64,000 nucleotides of DNA, taken from positions 30,648,206 through 30,712,205 of the forward strand of contig NC_092400.1 in NCBI RefSeq assembly GCF_030028105.1. Direction: 5' to 3'. The notes beneath the pieces were generated by a model, which was not told the DNA's origin, searched no databases, and saw nothing but the letters and a program-made list of their open reading frames with translations. This document shows positions 62,175-64,000 of this stretch, piece by piece. This stretch comes from Mobula birostris. Lineage: Eukaryota. The first letter of the stretch is position 1; the number at the start of each line of letters is the position of its first letter. A program made the translations under genes and the position numbers.

Positions 62175-64000
62175 ACAAGAGAAAATCTGCAGATGCTGGA
62201 AATGCAAGCAGTACACATAAAATGCTGGGGGAACTCAGTAGGCCATGCAGCACATATGGAAAAGGGAACAGTCAATGGTATGGGCTGGGACATTTTATCC
62301 AGACTGGAGGAAAAAGGATGAGGAATCAAAGTTGGAATTTGGGGGTAGGGGTGGAGGAAGAAACACAAAGTGATAGATGGAACTGTGAGGGGGTAAGTGT
62401 GAAGTAAAGAGCTGGGAAGTTGATGGTGAAGGGGCTGGAGAAGGGGGAATCTGACAGGAAAGGGCCGAAGGTCATGGAAGAAAGCAAAGGGGGAGGAACA
62501 CCAGAGGAAAGTGATGGGCAGGTAAGAAGATAAGGTGAGAGAGAAAATAGTGAATGGGAAATGGTGAACGAGGCAAGGGGGTGAGTACATTACCGGAAGT
62601 TTCAGAAATCAATGTTCATGCCATCAGGTTGGAGGCTACCCAGACTGAATATAAGGTGTTGCTCCTCCAACCTGAGTGTGGCCTCATCGTGGCAGTAAAG
62701 GAGGCCATCGACTGACATATTGGAATGGGAAAGGGAAGTGAAATTAATATGGTGGCCACGAGGAGATCCGCTTTTTCTGGCGGTTGGGGCGTACATGGCT
62801 GTCAGAGAGATCTCCCAATCTGCGTTCGTCTCACTGATATACGGGAGGCCACACCAGGAGCACCAGATACAGTATTTGACCCCAACAGACTCAAAGATGA
62901 GTGTCACCTCAGCTGGAAGGACTGAATGGTAGTGAGGGAGGAGGTGTAGCCCTTGTTCTGCTTGTAAGGGTAAGTGCCAGGAGGGAAATAAGTGGGGAGG
63001 GAGGAATGGACAAGGGAGACACGTAGGGAGTGATCCCTACAGAAGGAGGAAAGTGGGGGGCGAGGGAAAGATGTGCTTGGGATCCCACTGGTGATGGCGG
63101 AAGTTACTGAGAATTTTATTCTGGGCGTGCGTGGAGGTAGGTGAGGAGAAGAGGAACCCTATCCCTGGTGGGGTGGCAGGAGGATGGTGTGAGGGCAGAC
63201 GTGAGCAAAATGTAGGAGATACAGTTGAGGCAGTGTTGACGTTGGAGGAAGAAAAGCCCCTTTCTTTGAAGAAGGATAATATCTTGTTCGTTCTGCAATG
63301 AAGAGCCTCATCCTGAGAGCAGATGCAGTGGAGATGGAGGAATTGAGAGAAGGGCATGGCATTTTTACAAGTAACAGGTTGGGAAGAGATATAGCCCACA
63401 TAGCTGTGAGAGTCAGTGGGTTTATAATAGACATCAGTAGATCAACTGTCTCCAAAGACAGAGACAGAGAGATTGAGAAAGGGAAGGGAGGTGTTGGAAA
63501 TGGACCAGGTAAATTTGCGGGCAGGGTGAAAGATGGAGGCAAAGTTGATAATGTCGACGAGGTCGGCACGGGGGCAAAAGGCAGCTCCGACACATTCCGC
63601 GATTTAGTGTAGGAAAAGTTGGGGAGTGACACCAGCATGGATTTGAAACATAGACTCGTTCCGCGTAGCCGACAAAAAGGCAAGCATAGCTGTGACCCGT
63701 GTGAGTGCCCATGGCTACACCTTTTGTTTGAAGGGAACGGGAGGAGCCAAAGGAGAAATTATTGAGAATGAGGACGTGTTCTGCTAGATGGAGGAGAGTG
63801 GTGGGCGAGGGGAACTGATTGGATCTGGTGTCCAGAAAAAGACGGAGAGCTTTGAGGCCTTCTTGGTGGGGGATGCAGGGATGCAGGTGTAGAGGGTCTG
63901 GGCAACCATGGTGAAAATAAGATCTTTGGAGCCAGAGAACTTGAAATCATTGAAAAGATCAAGATCTCGTGACTTTCACGGATGTTGGTAGGAAGGGACT
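62175..64000 (-). mobile_element. Decayed Penelope-like element (RT and GIY-YIG), runs off the right edge
   Basis: Peptides MGTHTGHSYACLFVGY (RT), KNAMPFSQFL...ICSQDE, GVKYCIWCSWCGLPYISET, LRLEEQHLIFSLGSLQPDGMNIDF. Confidence 0.82.

Overview
Vertebrate genomic DNA, most likely from a cartilaginous fish such as a ray or shark (inferred from the CR1/Penelope/Rex1/Hero repeat content, a fish-type ISG15 and an OAS-family gene). The core is an interferon-stimulated gene cluster. A tandem array of ISG15-like di-ubiquitin genes lies on the minus strand: two complete copies (CDS 6440-6907 and 14650-15117, both ending in a free LRLRGG) plus the promoter and first exon of a third, more diverged copy whose coding exon should lie left of the window. 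Head-to-head with the array is a six-exon OASL gene on the plus strand (24357-35507, 508 aa, assembled by hand). This OASL keeps the catalytic Asp triad and ends in two ubiquitin-like domains with an LRVRGG motif masked by a 12-aa tail. Its terminal exon has the same splice position and phase as the ISG15 coding exon. The rest is mostly transposon-derived: CR1, Rex1-like, L1-like and Hero non-LTR elements, Penelope-like elements with minimal hammerhead ribozyme motifs, an internally deleted PNMA-type Gypsy element, solo LTRs and Tc1/hAT MITEs. There is also a duplicated orphan ISRE module, a minisatellite and two assembly gaps. All calls come from manual reading; no database searches were run.
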